A program made the translations under genes and the position numbers. A model generated the notes under the pieces. The model was given only the letters and a program-made list of their open reading frames with translations, was not told the DNA's origin and searched no databases. Below are positions 46,088 through 54,690 of a stretch of DNA of 64,000 bases, piece after piece (positions within the stretch are counted from its first letter, which is position 1; the number at the start of each line of letters is the position of its first letter). The DNA is from Minisyncoccota bacterium (GTDB taxonomy: Bacteria > Patescibacteriota > Minisyncoccia > Phycocordibacterales > UBA9973). Location: the NCBI GenBank assembly GCA_017991395.1, contig JAGOQQ010000002.1, positions 61,925 to 125,924 on the forward strand, written 5' to 3'.

Positions 46088-46180
46088 CCACGTTCTGCGT
46101 TCTACAATCCACGTAATATATTCGAATCAATCTTGCATAGAACGTTCTGCGCTCTACGTTCCGCGTTCTACCCGTAGGCG
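46088..46180. repeat. CGTTCTACG-type repeat cluster (right flank, inverted relative to 45675..45712)
   Basis: ccacgttctgcgttctac...agaacgttctgcgctctacgttccgcgttctacc. Confidence 0.65.
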
Positions 46181-46304
46181 GTTTTCCACAGTTCCTTATT
46201 TTGCAATATAAAAATGAATATGTGTTAGAATATAAGCATTACAAGGTCGTGTCTTTATTCATAAAGGCAAAGAAGTAATTTAGATTAATAAATAATTAAT
46301 TAGT

Positions 46305-46739
46305 ATGGTTAATAAACAAAAAGGTTTTACGCTTATCGAATTGCTCGTTGTTATTGCTATCATCGGCATCTTGGCATCAGTTGTGCTTGCGTCACTTAAC
46401 TCAGCTCGATCAAAGGGTGCAGATGCTGCGACAAAGTCAAACTTGTCAAACATCCGAGCTCAAGCAGAAATTGTATATGATTCTGCAACACCAAGTAATA
46501 GTTATGATGCAGTATGTGCAGATGGAACTGTATTAAATGGTCTTGCAGGTGCAACTAATTCATCAGGTGCTGCATCGGTTTGCTGGGATAGTGCAACAGA
46601 ATGGGCAGCAGCAGCTGTTCTCAAACAAACAAATGTTGTGGGCGCTTCATCAGGAACTGATTACTGGTGTGTTGACTCAGAAGGTCAATCAAAAGCAATA
46701 GACGCTGTACTCGCAACTAATGATACAAACTGCGATTAG
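46305..46739 (+). CDS. type IV pilin (major pilin candidate 1)
   Basis: Prepilin leader then GFTLIELLVVIAIIGILASVVL, followed by a strong terminator. Confidence 0.8.
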   Translation: MVNKQKGFTLIELLVVIAIIGILASVVLASLNSARSKGADAATKSNLSNIRAQAEIVYDSATPSNSYDAVCADGTVLNGLAGATNSSGAASVCWDSATEWAAAAVLKQTNVVGASSGTDYWCVDSEGQSKAIDAVLATNDTNCD

Positions 46740-46747
46740 TAAAAATT

Positions 46748-46785
46748 TAAAAAATACTCACACATTTGTGTGAGTATTTTTTAAA
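46748..46785 (+). terminator. strong intrinsic terminator after the first pilin gene
   Basis: aaaaatactcacaca-tttg-tgtgagtatttttt. Confidence 0.75.
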
Positions 46786-46805
46786 TTGCGTGATATACTT
46801 TTTGT

Positions 46806-47288
46806 ATGAGTGTTACTTTTAGAAAAGGATTTACCTTGATCGAACTTCTGGTCGTGATTGCAATTATTGGAGTATTAGCAAGTGTCGTGCTTACATCGCT
46901 TTCAACTGCAAAAAACAAAGCGCGAGATGCTGCTACAAAAAGTGGACTATCGACGCTTCGTTCACAAGCAGAGCTTTACTACACTGTAAATGGAAGCTAC
47001 CGAAACGCAGTCAATGCAATAGGAGCCACACAAGGAATAGAAGCATGCCAGACAACTGGAACAGTGTTCAATACCACAGATGGTCTCGGAGCAAAAATCG
47101 CAAAAATTTCAAATGATTATGATGCCACTGCATGGAATGCCACCTGTGCACTCGGTGATACTCCAGATAGTTGGTCTGTATCAATTCCCTTAAAGGAAGG
47201 CGGTGCGTGGTGTGTAAATCATCAAGGCGTTGCTCGAGTGGGTGTTGCATCTGGTGGTGGTCCAGGATTAGAAGCATTATGTCAATAA
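46806..47288 (+). CDS. type IV pilin paralog 2
   Basis: KGFTLIELLVVIAIIGVLASVVL. Confidence 0.8.
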   Translation: MSVTFRKGFTLIELLVVIAIIGVLASVVLTSLSTAKNKARDAATKSGLSTLRSQAELYYTVNGSYRNAVNAIGATQGIEACQTTGTVFNTTDGLGAKIAKISNDYDATAWNATCALGDTPDSWSVSIPLKEGGAWCVNHQGVARVGVASGGGPGLEALCQ

Positions 47289-47298
47289 TATTTTATAT

Positions 47299-47838
47299 AT
47301 GAAGTACAAAAATAAATTTATTTCAAAAAAAGGTTTTACAATACTTGAATTGCTTATCGTTATCGCTATAATCGGATTACTTTCTGCGGTTGTTTTGGCA
47401 GCACTCAATTCTTCTCGAAGCAAAGGGCGTGATGCAAAACGAATCGAAGAAATACGTCAGATTATAAATGCAGTAGAGCTTTCTTATAATGCAACTGGAA
47501 AATATCCAAGTCGCGCACAATTTGAGAGCACAATTAAGGCTCAAAATCCTCTTTCTCCGTATCTTTGGCCGATTCCAAAAGACCCAAAAACAAATGTAAA
47601 TTACAATTTTAGTGGAATTCGGACTGGTGCACTTAATGCACCGTGTACAGGCTATCATATTGGTGTTTCGCTGGAAAACAACAATAAGGTCCTTGAGGCA
47701 GATAGTGACTTTTCAAGTATTGCAAACAATTGCCGAGTAGCGGCTAGTGGTTCGGGTACGTCTGGCGGAAATAATGGTTTTAACGGTACAGACACTCCAA
47801 CTGGCAACAATAAATATAAGTATGATATTCGAAGGTAA
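47299..47838 (+). CDS. type IV pilin paralog 3
   Basis: KGFTILELLIVIAIIGLLSAVVLAAL. Confidence 0.75.
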   Translation: MKYKNKFISKKGFTILELLIVIAIIGLLSAVVLAALNSSRSKGRDAKRIEEIRQIINAVELSYNATGKYPSRAQFESTIKAQNPLSPYLWPIPKDPKTNVNYNFSGIRTGALNAPCTGYHIGVSLENNNKVLEADSDFSSIANNCRVAASGSGTSGGNNGFNGTDTPTGNNKYKYDIRR

Positions 47839-48634
47839 CATAATTCCATTTTTCGTCATAAGTGCGTTTGTACTCGGTACTATCATCGGAAGTTTTTTGA
47901 ACGTGGTGATACTTCGACACAATTCGGGACGCACTGTTGGTGGGCGATCGATGTGTTTTTCGTGTGGCAAAACTCTTCATTGGTATGAGCTTGTGCCTGT
48001 TTTTAGTTATCTTCTTCAAAAAGGAAAGTGTGTAAAGTGTAAAAGCAAAATCTCAGTCCAATATCCTGTGGTGGAATTTTTGACAGGTATTATATTTGCA
48101 CTACTCGCATGGAAACTGTCGTTCCTTTTCCTTATTTCACCGCTGACATTTCTTACAAAAATACTATTCTACGGATATTTACTCTCACTTCTCGTAGTGA
48201 TTTCAGTATATGATTTGAGACACGGAATTATTCCGGATCAATTTTCGTATCTGTTTTCGACGATGACATTTCTACTTCTTTTCTTTGAAACAGGGAATGT
48301 GATCCTTGCGCATGTACCAACATTTTCACAAGTGATTGCGGGACCACTCATTGCACTACCGTTTGCATTTCTTTGGTGGGTATCAAAAGGTAAATGGATG
48401 GGATTTGGTGATGCAAAGCTTGCACTCGGAATGGGATTTCTTCTTGGAGTGACGGGAGGTGTGACTGCGCTCATGATTGCGTTTTGGTCGGGAGCACTTT
48501 TATCGTTGTTCTTATTGCTTTTGAAGCGTTACAGGTTTACAATGAAAAGTGAGATTCCCTTTGCTCCATTTCTCGTCTTTGCAACATGTGTGACATTTAT
48601 TTTTAATCTCGACTTGATTGCATACTTATCTTAG
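47822..48634 (+). CDS. pilD: prepilin peptidase PilD (A24 family). Start taken at Met 47822; the track ORF begins at 47747
   Basis: Zinc-binding CFSCGKTLHWYELVPVFSYLLQKGKCVKCKS, polytopic membrane protein, catalytic Asp regions (YDLRHGIIPD; GFGDAKL). Confidence 0.8.
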   Translation: MIFEGNIIPFFVISAFVLGTIIGSFLNVVILRHNSGRTVGGRSMCFSCGKTLHWYELVPVFSYLLQKGKCVKCKSKISVQYPVVEFLTGIIFALLAWKLSFLFLISPLTFLTKILFYGYLLSLLVVISVYDLRHGIIPDQFSYLFSTMTFLLLFFETGNVILAHVPTFSQVIAGPLIALPFAFLWWVSKGKWMGFGDAKLALGMGFLLGVTGGVTALMIAFWSGALLSLFLLLLKRYRFTMKSEIPFAPFLVFATCVTFIFNLDLIAYLS

Positions 48635-49331
48635 TGTTATGAAAAGTACCTATATAAAAAATAATAAAAAATTTCTCAATTCATCTTCTCAGGCTGGACT
48701 CACGTTTATAGAACTTATTGTGGTGATGAGTATTTTTTCTATCATTGCGTCTGTGGTGCTTTTCAATTTCTCTTCTTTTAATACAAACATTACTTCTCAA
48801 AATCTCGCACAACAAATTGCCCTTCAAATCAAGCAAGCTCAGACTGAATCAATTTCAGGTACTCGAACAGTGGGTTTTGCTGAAGATGAGATTTTGAATC
48901 CAGAAGGTGCTCCGACATATGGTGTGAAATTTGATATTGATGTTACCGACGGAACAGATCAACTCGACGCAAAAAGCTTGGCGTATTTTGCAGATATGGA
49001 TGGTAACGGCACATATGACCACCCATCGAATCAAACTCCATGCGGTATTGGCATGAGCGGTACAGAATGTATTGCAATAATTGAAATCAATACAGCAGAT
49101 TCAATTGTTGGAATTTGTAGTGATGCGGATTGTGACGCAGGCAGTTATAATGAGATGCAAGCTACAATTCTTTTTCGAAGACCATTCCCAGAAGCTCGAC
49201 TTTATATTGGCACTGATCTCACTCCGCGATCAAAAATTGGAATAAAAGTGCGTTCATCAAAAGGTGCGGAGCGTGTAATCATGACAACAATTTTGGGACA
49301 AGTTAGTGTGTTTGGAATAGATACTCAATAA
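48618..49331 (+). CDS. minor pilin/pseudopilin (prepilin-type N-terminus)
   Basis: GLTFIELIVVMSIFSIIASVVL. Confidence 0.6.
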   Translation: MHTYLSVMKSTYIKNNKKFLNSSSQAGLTFIELIVVMSIFSIIASVVLFNFSSFNTNITSQNLAQQIALQIKQAQTESISGTRTVGFAEDEILNPEGAPTYGVKFDIDVTDGTDQLDAKSLAYFADMDGNGTYDHPSNQTPCGIGMSGTECIAIIEINTADSIVGICSDADCDAGSYNEMQATILFRRPFPEARLYIGTDLTPRSKIGIKVRSSKGAERVIMTTILGQVSVFGIDTQ

Positions 49332-49359
49332 TGAACATACTAATTTTACTGAATAATAT

Positions 49360-50013
49360 ATGAACAAGAACATTTCAAAAATAGAAAATCAAAAAGGATT
49401 TACACTCGTCGAAGTCATGATAGCAGTGGGACTTTTTGTTGTGGTAATGGTGTTTGGAATTGGTTCTGTGCTTTCAACAAACTCTGCTCACAAAAAAAGT
49501 CAGTCTCAACGTGCAATAAATGACAACCTAAGTTTTGTGATTGAAGATATGTCTCGAAATATTCGACTTGGAAGCAATTACCGATGCCCAATTGATTTTA
49601 GTGGAGGCATCAATCCTACTTCTTTGTATGAATTTACTGCAAATATCACTGATGCCACAGCGCAAGACTGTGAAATAGGTGATGAGTCACTCACGCTTTC
49701 ATTTGATCCAATGAATGCAAATTTTGATGATCCAGCAGATACGTCAGATCAGATGGCATATGTGATTTATGATAGTGCGATCTACAAAGCATCAGCAAGT
49801 ACCTATGATGGAAGTGCACATACATTTATTCGGATTACATCGCCAGAAATATTTATCGATATGCAAAAATCGGGGTTCACTGTCATCGGTACCGAGTCAA
49901 CTGGGACTCAACCACGTGTGATAGTGCGACTTTCTGGAACAGTGACTTACAAAAACATTACAACACCATTTGATATACAGACTACTCTCTCACAGCGACT
50001 TCTTGAAGAATAA
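49360..50013 (+). CDS. minor pilin (PilW/FimT-like)
   Basis: KGFTLVEVMIAVGLFVVVMVFGIGSV. Confidence 0.65.
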   Translation: MNKNISKIENQKGFTLVEVMIAVGLFVVVMVFGIGSVLSTNSAHKKSQSQRAINDNLSFVIEDMSRNIRLGSNYRCPIDFSGGINPTSLYEFTANITDATAQDCEIGDESLTLSFDPMNANFDDPADTSDQMAYVIYDSAIYKASASTYDGSAHTFIRITSPEIFIDMQKSGFTVIGTESTGTQPRVIVRLSGTVTYKNITTPFDIQTTLSQRLLEE

Positions 50014-50031
50014 TTATTTGCATAGATATTT

Positions 50032-50625
50032 ATGACCACTCAAAAAAACAACAAAATACGTACTCGTGGTTTTACACTCGTTGAGACACTTGTGTCTTTG
50101 GCAATATTTGCGTCTGCGATTGTGGGAATGATTGTCATTACTTCACAGGGAATCAACGACACAAACTATGCAAAAAATAAACTCGTTGCCACAGCACTTT
50201 CTCAGGAAGGAATTGAAATGGTGAGAAATATTCGTGATAGTGAACTACTAGGAGATACAGTGGGTGCAGGACAGGGTTGGCTCAATTTTCTTGGATTGAC
50301 GCAAGCTTGTGGAAATACAAATGGATGCAGTATTAACCCAATTGATTTAGTTATTGATACTTGTGATTCAGTTAGCGACTGCGTGCTTTATCGAGATGCA
50401 CAAAACGGTCCTTCGTATTTCCTAAGTGGAGATTCGACGTCTGGTGATGAATCATCGTATATTCGAACAATTCAAATAAATCAAATCCCAGATACAGATT
50501 CAGGAGAAATGACTACAGTGGAAATTATTTCAACCGTAAAATGGACACAAGGAAGTGGAGGACAAAAAGAAGTTGTCTCAAAAGAATACCTTACAAATTG
50601 GTTTGTTAATTCTGTCACTCCATAA
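50032..50625 (+). CDS. minor pilin (PilV-like)
   Basis: RGFTLVETLVSLAIFASAIVGMI. Confidence 0.65.
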   Translation: MTTQKNNKIRTRGFTLVETLVSLAIFASAIVGMIVITSQGINDTNYAKNKLVATALSQEGIEMVRNIRDSELLGDTVGAGQGWLNFLGLTQACGNTNGCSINPIDLVIDTCDSVSDCVLYRDAQNGPSYFLSGDSTSGDESSYIRTIQINQIPDTDSGEMTTVEIISTVKWTQGSGGQKEVVSKEYLTNWFVNSVTP

Positions 50626-50629
50626 TTAT

Positions 50630-51184
50630 ATGAAGCATACTAATACACACACAAAAAAAGGATTCGTCGCACTTTTCGCAGTACTACTTGCGACAGTCGT
50701 ACTTTCGATTTCGATAGGTATCGCAAATATTTCATACAAAGAGGTCGTGCTCTCATCTGCTGCACGTGAAGCAAATAGTGCGTTTTTTGCAGCAGACAGT
50801 GGAGCAGAGTGTTTGCTTTTGCATGATTTGAAATTGGGAGTATTTACAGGATCCGGTGTGGATGCAGAAATTTCATGTTTTGGACTTGATCCAACTGACG
50901 ATAAAGTGTCCAAGTTTCCTCCAGTTGAGTATGAAAATGAAGGATCAACTCCGTCGTACGCATTTGGATATCAATTTAATCTCGAAGATAGTTGTGCAAG
51001 AATCGAACTTCATAAAAATGTTGAAGAAAATGATGCTTTTTATACTAAAATCGAAGCGAAAGGATACAACATGTCATGTGATCAAATGAGCACCATTACT
51101 GCTGGTACCGCAATTGCCTCACGACTCGTGGAGCGTGCAGTCCGTGCTTCATACGTCGAACAAGTCATCACACCAGGTCCATAA
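50630..51184 (+). CDS. minor pilin (PilX-like); start at Met 50630 within the 50555 track ORF
   Basis: KKGFVALFAVLLATVVLSISIGIANISY. Confidence 0.5.
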   Translation: MKHTNTHTKKGFVALFAVLLATVVLSISIGIANISYKEVVLSSAAREANSAFFAADSGAECLLLHDLKLGVFTGSGVDAEISCFGLDPTDDKVSKFPPVEYENEGSTPSYAFGYQFNLEDSCARIELHKNVEENDAFYTKIEAKGYNMSCDQMSTITAGTAIASRLVERAVRASYVEQVITPGP

Positions 51185-51218
51185 TTTCAGTCTAAAAGTG
51201 TACAAAATATGCTATTCT

Positions 51219-51244
51219 AAAGAGGCAGAAATGCCTCTTTTTCT
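51219..51244 (+). terminator. intrinsic terminator closing the pilus operon (agaggca-gaa-atgcctct then a T-run)
   Basis: Hairpin plus tttttc, ending immediately before the ligA start. Confidence 0.6.
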
Positions 51245-53248
51245 ATGGAACAAGACACACAAATAGTCAAAAGAATACAAAATCTAGTTGATGAAATCCG
51301 CGAATTGCGGTATCGCTACCATGTCACAAATGACCCTTCGGTCACCGACGAGGTATATGATTCACTTCGCAAAGAACTCGATGCAATTTTGAAAAAGTAT
51401 CCAGCGTATATTGCGATGAAAAATGAACTCGACCGTGTGGCGGGCAAGCCACTTGATGCATTTCAAAAGGTCACTCACCGATCGAGAATGCTCTCGCTCA
51501 ATGATGCATTTTCGATTGATGAAATTCGCGAATGGGTTACTCGAATTCAGAAAATTATTCCTGATGCAAAATATGAATATTTTGCAGAACTCAAGCTCGA
51601 TGGACTTGCAGTGTCTTTGATGTATGAGAATGGTGTGTTTGTAAAAGGTGCAACTCGTGGGGACGGATTTATTGGAGAGGATATTACTGAGAATCTTAAG
51701 ATGATTAAAAGTATTCCACTAACAATTCCTGCACCATATCCTTCATATGTTGAAGTGCGAGGTGAAGCAGTTATGTCAAAAAAAGTGTGGCAGACTCTCA
51801 ATAAAAAAAATGAAAAAGAAGGGAAGTCAGTATTTGCAAATACTCGTAATGCTGCGGCAGGAAGTTTGCGTCAGCTTGATCCTCGACTCACACAAGAACG
51901 CAAGCTTGATTTTTTTGCGTATGATATTGCAGAAATTGATGGATGGAAAAATGTTCCGCGAACACACAGCGAAAAACACGCACTTCTTCGCGAGTTTGGA
52001 TTTGTGCTCGATACGCATGAGAAAATATTTTCAACAGTTGATGAAATCATTCCATATATTGAAATGATTGGAAAGAAACGTGAAGAATTTGCGTACGGCA
52101 CAGATGGACTTGTGATTGCAGTAGACTCACTTGCATTCCAAGAAGAGCTCGGCGTTGTGGGTAAAGCGCCTCGCTATGCAATCGCCTACAAATATCCTGC
52201 AGAAAAAGCTACAACGACCGTCACTGATATTACGGTCAATGTGGGACGCACCGGAGTACTCACTCCACTTGCGCATTTTGTGCCCACACTTGTCGCGGGC
52301 TCTACTGTGTCCAAATCTACTCTTCACAACATGGATCAGATTGAAAGACTTGATATACGAGTAGGAGACACTGTCGTGATTCAAAAAGCGGGCGACGTGA
52401 TACCGGAAGTGGTGGAAGTGCTCACACGTTTTCGAACTGGCAACGAGAAAAAATTTGTAATGCCAAAGAAATGTCCTGTGTGTGGTGCATCAGTCGAAAA
52501 ACGAGAAGGTGGAAGTGAGAAAACTGTAGCATTTTATTGCACAAACAATTTGTGCGAGGCACGCAATCGTCGTGGACTACAGCATTTTGTAAATGCATTT
52601 GAAATATATGAAATTGGGCCAAAGATTCTCGATCGACTTCAAGAAGAAGGGCTCATCACGGATGCGAGTGATTTGTTTATACTCGAAGAGTCTGATTTGT
52701 CGGGACTCGAGAGGTTTGGAGAAAAGTCTGCAAAAAATATTATAGAGTCTATCAAAATTCACAAAAAAGTTCCATTGTGGAGATTTTTGGTTGCGCTCGG
52801 AATTCTTCACGTAGGCGAAGAAACAGCAAAAGACCTGGCAAATCATTTTGGGACACTATCAAAAATAATGAATACAAAAGAATATGAGTTTAACGCACTT
52901 CCAAACATTGGTCCTGTCGTGGCAAAAAGTCTGACAGAGTATTTTTCACACAAAGAGCATGTACATTTCATCGAAAAGCTTATCGAAAACGGTGTGTCGA
53001 TAACAAAGCCCGACACAAAGAACAAAAAATTTGCTGGTATGACATTTGTACTTACTGGAACACTTCCGACACTTGAGCGAAATGATGCAAAAAAAATGAT
53101 TGAAGAGCGAGGTGGAAAAGTATCGAGTAGTGTGTCAAAAAATACAACCTATGTGTTGGTCGGCGAAAATCCCGGGTCGAAATTTGACGACGCAAAAAAA
53201 GTCGGCGTGCCAATTCTTGATGAGAAGGCATTTGTGAATATTTTATGA
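51245..53248 (+). CDS. ligA: NAD-dependent DNA ligase LigA
   Basis: KxDG adenylation motif (ELKLDGLAVSL), OB fold, Zn finger (CPVCGASVEK...C...C), HhH repeats, and a C-terminal BRCT (FVLTGTL...). Confidence 0.95.
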   Translation: MEQDTQIVKRIQNLVDEIRELRYRYHVTNDPSVTDEVYDSLRKELDAILKKYPAYIAMKNELDRVAGKPLDAFQKVTHRSRMLSLNDAFSIDEIREWVTRIQKIIPDAKYEYFAELKLDGLAVSLMYENGVFVKGATRGDGFIGEDITENLKMIKSIPLTIPAPYPSYVEVRGEAVMSKKVWQTLNKKNEKEGKSVFANTRNAAAGSLRQLDPRLTQERKLDFFAYDIAEIDGWKNVPRTHSEKHALLREFGFVLDTHEKIFSTVDEIIPYIEMIGKKREEFAYGTDGLVIAVDSLAFQEELGVVGKAPRYAIAYKYPAEKATTTVTDITVNVGRTGVLTPLAHFVPTLVAGSTVSKSTLHNMDQIERLDIRVGDTVVIQKAGDVIPEVVEVLTRFRTGNEKKFVMPKKCPVCGASVEKREGGSEKTVAFYCTNNLCEARNRRGLQHFVNAFEIYEIGPKILDRLQEEGLITDASDLFILEESDLSGLERFGEKSAKNIIESIKIHKKVPLWRFLVALGILHVGEETAKDLANHFGTLSKIMNTKEYEFNALPNIGPVVAKSLTEYFSHKEHVHFIEKLIENGVSITKPDTKNKKFAGMTFVLTGTLPTLERNDAKKMIEERGGKVSSSVSKNTTYVLVGENPGSKFDDAKKVGVPILDEKAFVNIL

Positions 53249-53302
53249 TGGGGTATAATATAGACATTAGTAATTTATTATAAAAATATGGAAGATAATG
53301 TA

Positions 53303-53337
53303 AAAACCTCAAAACCTCAAAACCTCAAAACCTCAAA
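53303..53337. repeat. 8-bp tandem repeat (aaaacctc) x4
   Basis: aaaacctcaaaacctcaaaacctcaaaacctcaaa, directly upstream of ORF 53356..53883. Confidence 0.85.
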
Positions 53338-53355
53338 GCAGTATTTAGTGTTACA

Positions 53356-53883
53356 TTGGCATTAATAGTTGGTTTTATTTTAGGTGGACTGTTTCCAGTA
53401 GATAATTATTTGAATTCTCAAAAGGCTACAAGTCTTGATTCAGAGTTTGCAGAGAAATCACTAAATGAAAATGGTCGTGCGCATACTAGTATCAATGACT
53501 TGAACAACACTGAGCCAACCCCTAATTCTAATTATCCATATCCATACATGTGTGGGGACGAACCTATGATTTTTGACTTACCGGACATTAATCCTCAGAA
53601 TGAAATTACATATATTACCCAGGGTGGACTATCAATAACGTGTTTTTTGATGGCTGCAAGAGTGGCAAAAGAGATTACTGATGAAGTTCTTGTTGAAGAT
53701 TTGAGTGTGGTTGGAAAATTGAATTCATCAACACAACCAAACCCATCACCTGAAAAGAAATATAAATGTACTTCACAATATGGGAGTAGTAACATTGAAG
53801 ATTTTCCATTTAATTATCAAAGTTTTAGCTACACAATATTGTATCAAGCATATAGCGTGACGTGGAATTGTGAGGCTATATAA
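53356..53883 (+). CDS. hypothetical (secreted?) protein with a TTG start
   Basis: Hydrophobic N-terminus and no recognisable motif. Confidence 0.35.
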   Translation: MALIVGFILGGLFPVDNYLNSQKATSLDSEFAEKSLNENGRAHTSINDLNNTEPTPNSNYPYPYMCGDEPMIFDLPDINPQNEITYITQGGLSITCFLMAARVAKEITDEVLVEDLSVVGKLNSSTQPNPSPEKKYKCTSQYGSSNIEDFPFNYQSFSYTILYQAYSVTWNCEAI

Positions 53884-53935
53884 TTACAACTTCCCCCATT
53901 TTTAAGTAGAAATTTCTGTGCTATTGTAATTTTCT

Positions 53936-54235
53936 ATGAACACCCCAGAATTTATTGTAAAAGCTTCAGATAATTCACGGTTTGATACTGCTGAGAGTGA
54001 CTATATGTACGGAGCATATATGACATATGAAGAAGCGTATGCAAAGTGTGAGGAAATTGTGGAAGATTTTTTGACGAGCAACAAGACGGAAGGCATGAGT
54101 GCCGAAGAGCTATACCACCACTATATTTCATTTGGTGAGGAACCATATATTGTATCTGTTGACGGAAGTGAGTGTCTTCCATTTCCTGCAATTAATTATG
54201 CAAAAGAACAAGTAAAAATTATTTGTCAAAAGTAG
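53936..54235 (+). CDS. hypothetical protein
   Basis: 99-aa ORF. Confidence 0.3.
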   Translation: MNTPEFIVKASDNSRFDTAESDYMYGAYMTYEEAYAKCEEIVEDFLTSNKTEGMSAEELYHHYISFGEEPYIVSVDGSECLPFPAINYAKEQVKIICQK

Positions 54236-54267
54236 ACTGTTTGTGTCTATTTGGGTATACTCACAAT

Positions 54268-54546
54268 ATGGAAATAAAAGACATTGAGCACCTGGCTCAC
54301 CTCGCTCGAATCGATATCGACGCTTCAGAGAAAGAAGCGTTGCTTTCTGATATGAAATCAATCATAGGATATATCGACACAATTTCAGAAGTTGATACAA
54401 GTGCTGTTGACCTGACACTTCCTCTACATCGAAACATTATGAGAGATGACGTCGTCACAAACGAAACAGGATCAAATACTGATGCGATTTTGAGCAATGC
54501 TCCTGATTCTCAAGATGGTTTTGTTAAGGTAAAGAAAATATTGTAG
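54268..54546 (+). CDS. gatC: Asp/Glu-tRNA amidotransferase subunit C
   Basis: MEIKDIEHLAHLARIDIDASEKEALLSDMKSIIGYIDTISEVDTS is the GatC pattern, upstream of gatA. Confidence 0.75.
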   Translation: MEIKDIEHLAHLARIDIDASEKEALLSDMKSIIGYIDTISEVDTSAVDLTLPLHRNIMRDDVVTNETGSNTDAILSNAPDSQDGFVKVKKIL

Positions 54547-54590
54547 ACGTGAAGCGTAGAACGTAGAACGCAGAACGTGCCTCGCTGCAT

Positions 54591-54634
54591 TCAAGCCTCC
54601 CCTAGAGGGGAGGTGCCCGAAGGGCGGAGGGGTA
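54591..54634. repeat. copy of the double-hairpin element (cctcccc-taga-ggggagg, gcccgaagggc) preceded by a CGTAGAACG cluster at 54547..54585
   Basis: Direct comparison with 12791..12836. Confidence 0.7.
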
Positions 54635-54690
54635 AAAAATATTTTCTGTATCTTCTACTCACTACTTACTAATCACTAATTACTACCCAA

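Noticed and set aside
53288-53370. Phase-variable in-frame fusion of the upstream ATG leader to ORF 53356..53883 via gain or loss of one 8-bp unit
   Set aside because: Worked through the frames. Adding one unit puts the ATG frame into the downstream frame but runs into TAG at 53347-53349. Deleting one unit gives the third frame, which terminates quickly. So a simple plus-or-minus one-unit ON/OFF fusion does not work; only promoter-spacing or leader effects remain plausible.
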